From Octopus sinensis (lineage: Eukaryota): 64,000 bases of DNA. Positions within the stretch are counted from its first letter, which is position 1; each line of letters begins with the position of its first letter. Under the pieces are notes generated by a model. It did no database searches. It was not told the DNA's origin and worked only from the letters and a program-made list of their open reading frames with translations. The stretch is from assembly GCF_006345805.1 (NCBI RefSeq), contig NC_043001.1, positions 102,052,001-102,116,000 on the forward strand, given 5' to 3'. Shown here in pieces: positions 63,870 to 64,000 of the stretch. The translations under genes were made by a program, and so were the position numbers.

Positions 63870-64000
63870 TCTGCCTGGCATTCACCATGATAGATCGCTA
63901 GCCACTAAACCTTTCTTATTTTCTCTCCCAGTTTATATCTGTGTTCCTTTCTGTCGAAGAGCATAGGCTCGAAATGTAAAAGATTTTCTCACTTCCCGAA
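63870..64000 (+). mobile_element. Dispersed element with a variant hammerhead-like motif (runs off the window end)
   Basis: GATAGATC..TAGCCACTA...CTTTCTGTCGAAGAGCATAGGCTCGAAATGTAAAAG, homologous to 26218-26395. Confidence 0.65.

Overview
This is eukaryotic, AT-rich, repeat-saturated DNA. The SINE families and the dense (TA)n/(CA)n/(TACA)n/(ATT)n/(GAT)n microsatellites look like a coleoid cephalopod, probably Octopus; this is inferred from recognising the repeats, not from a search. I could not support any host protein-coding exon, so the window is probably intergenic or deep intronic, and most ORFs in the track are microsatellite artefacts. Recognisable coding remnants are all from transposable elements: RTE-clade LINEs (one ~2 kb 5'-truncated copy with a 17-bp target-site duplication, TSD), CR1-group LINEs, three R4/Dong-clade RLE retrotransposons sitting in microsatellites, a HERO/NeSL-like RLE element, Penelope-like (PLE) pieces, two Tc1/mariner remnants, Helitron/Helentron non-autonomous elements and TTAA MITEs. 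The most interesting signal is RNA-level: three distinct hammerhead-ribozyme (HHR) architectures. (1) A unit of tRNA-like head, (AAT)n and PLE-like terminus carrying a minimal type I HHR, found as head-to-head pairs four times; one pair is flanked by a 14-bp TSD. (2) A type III HHR with a 14-bp perfect (~34-bp imperfect) stem III at 22.5 kb, an unusual topology for an animal genome. (3) A type I-like HHR variant with U at core position 6, seen twice.
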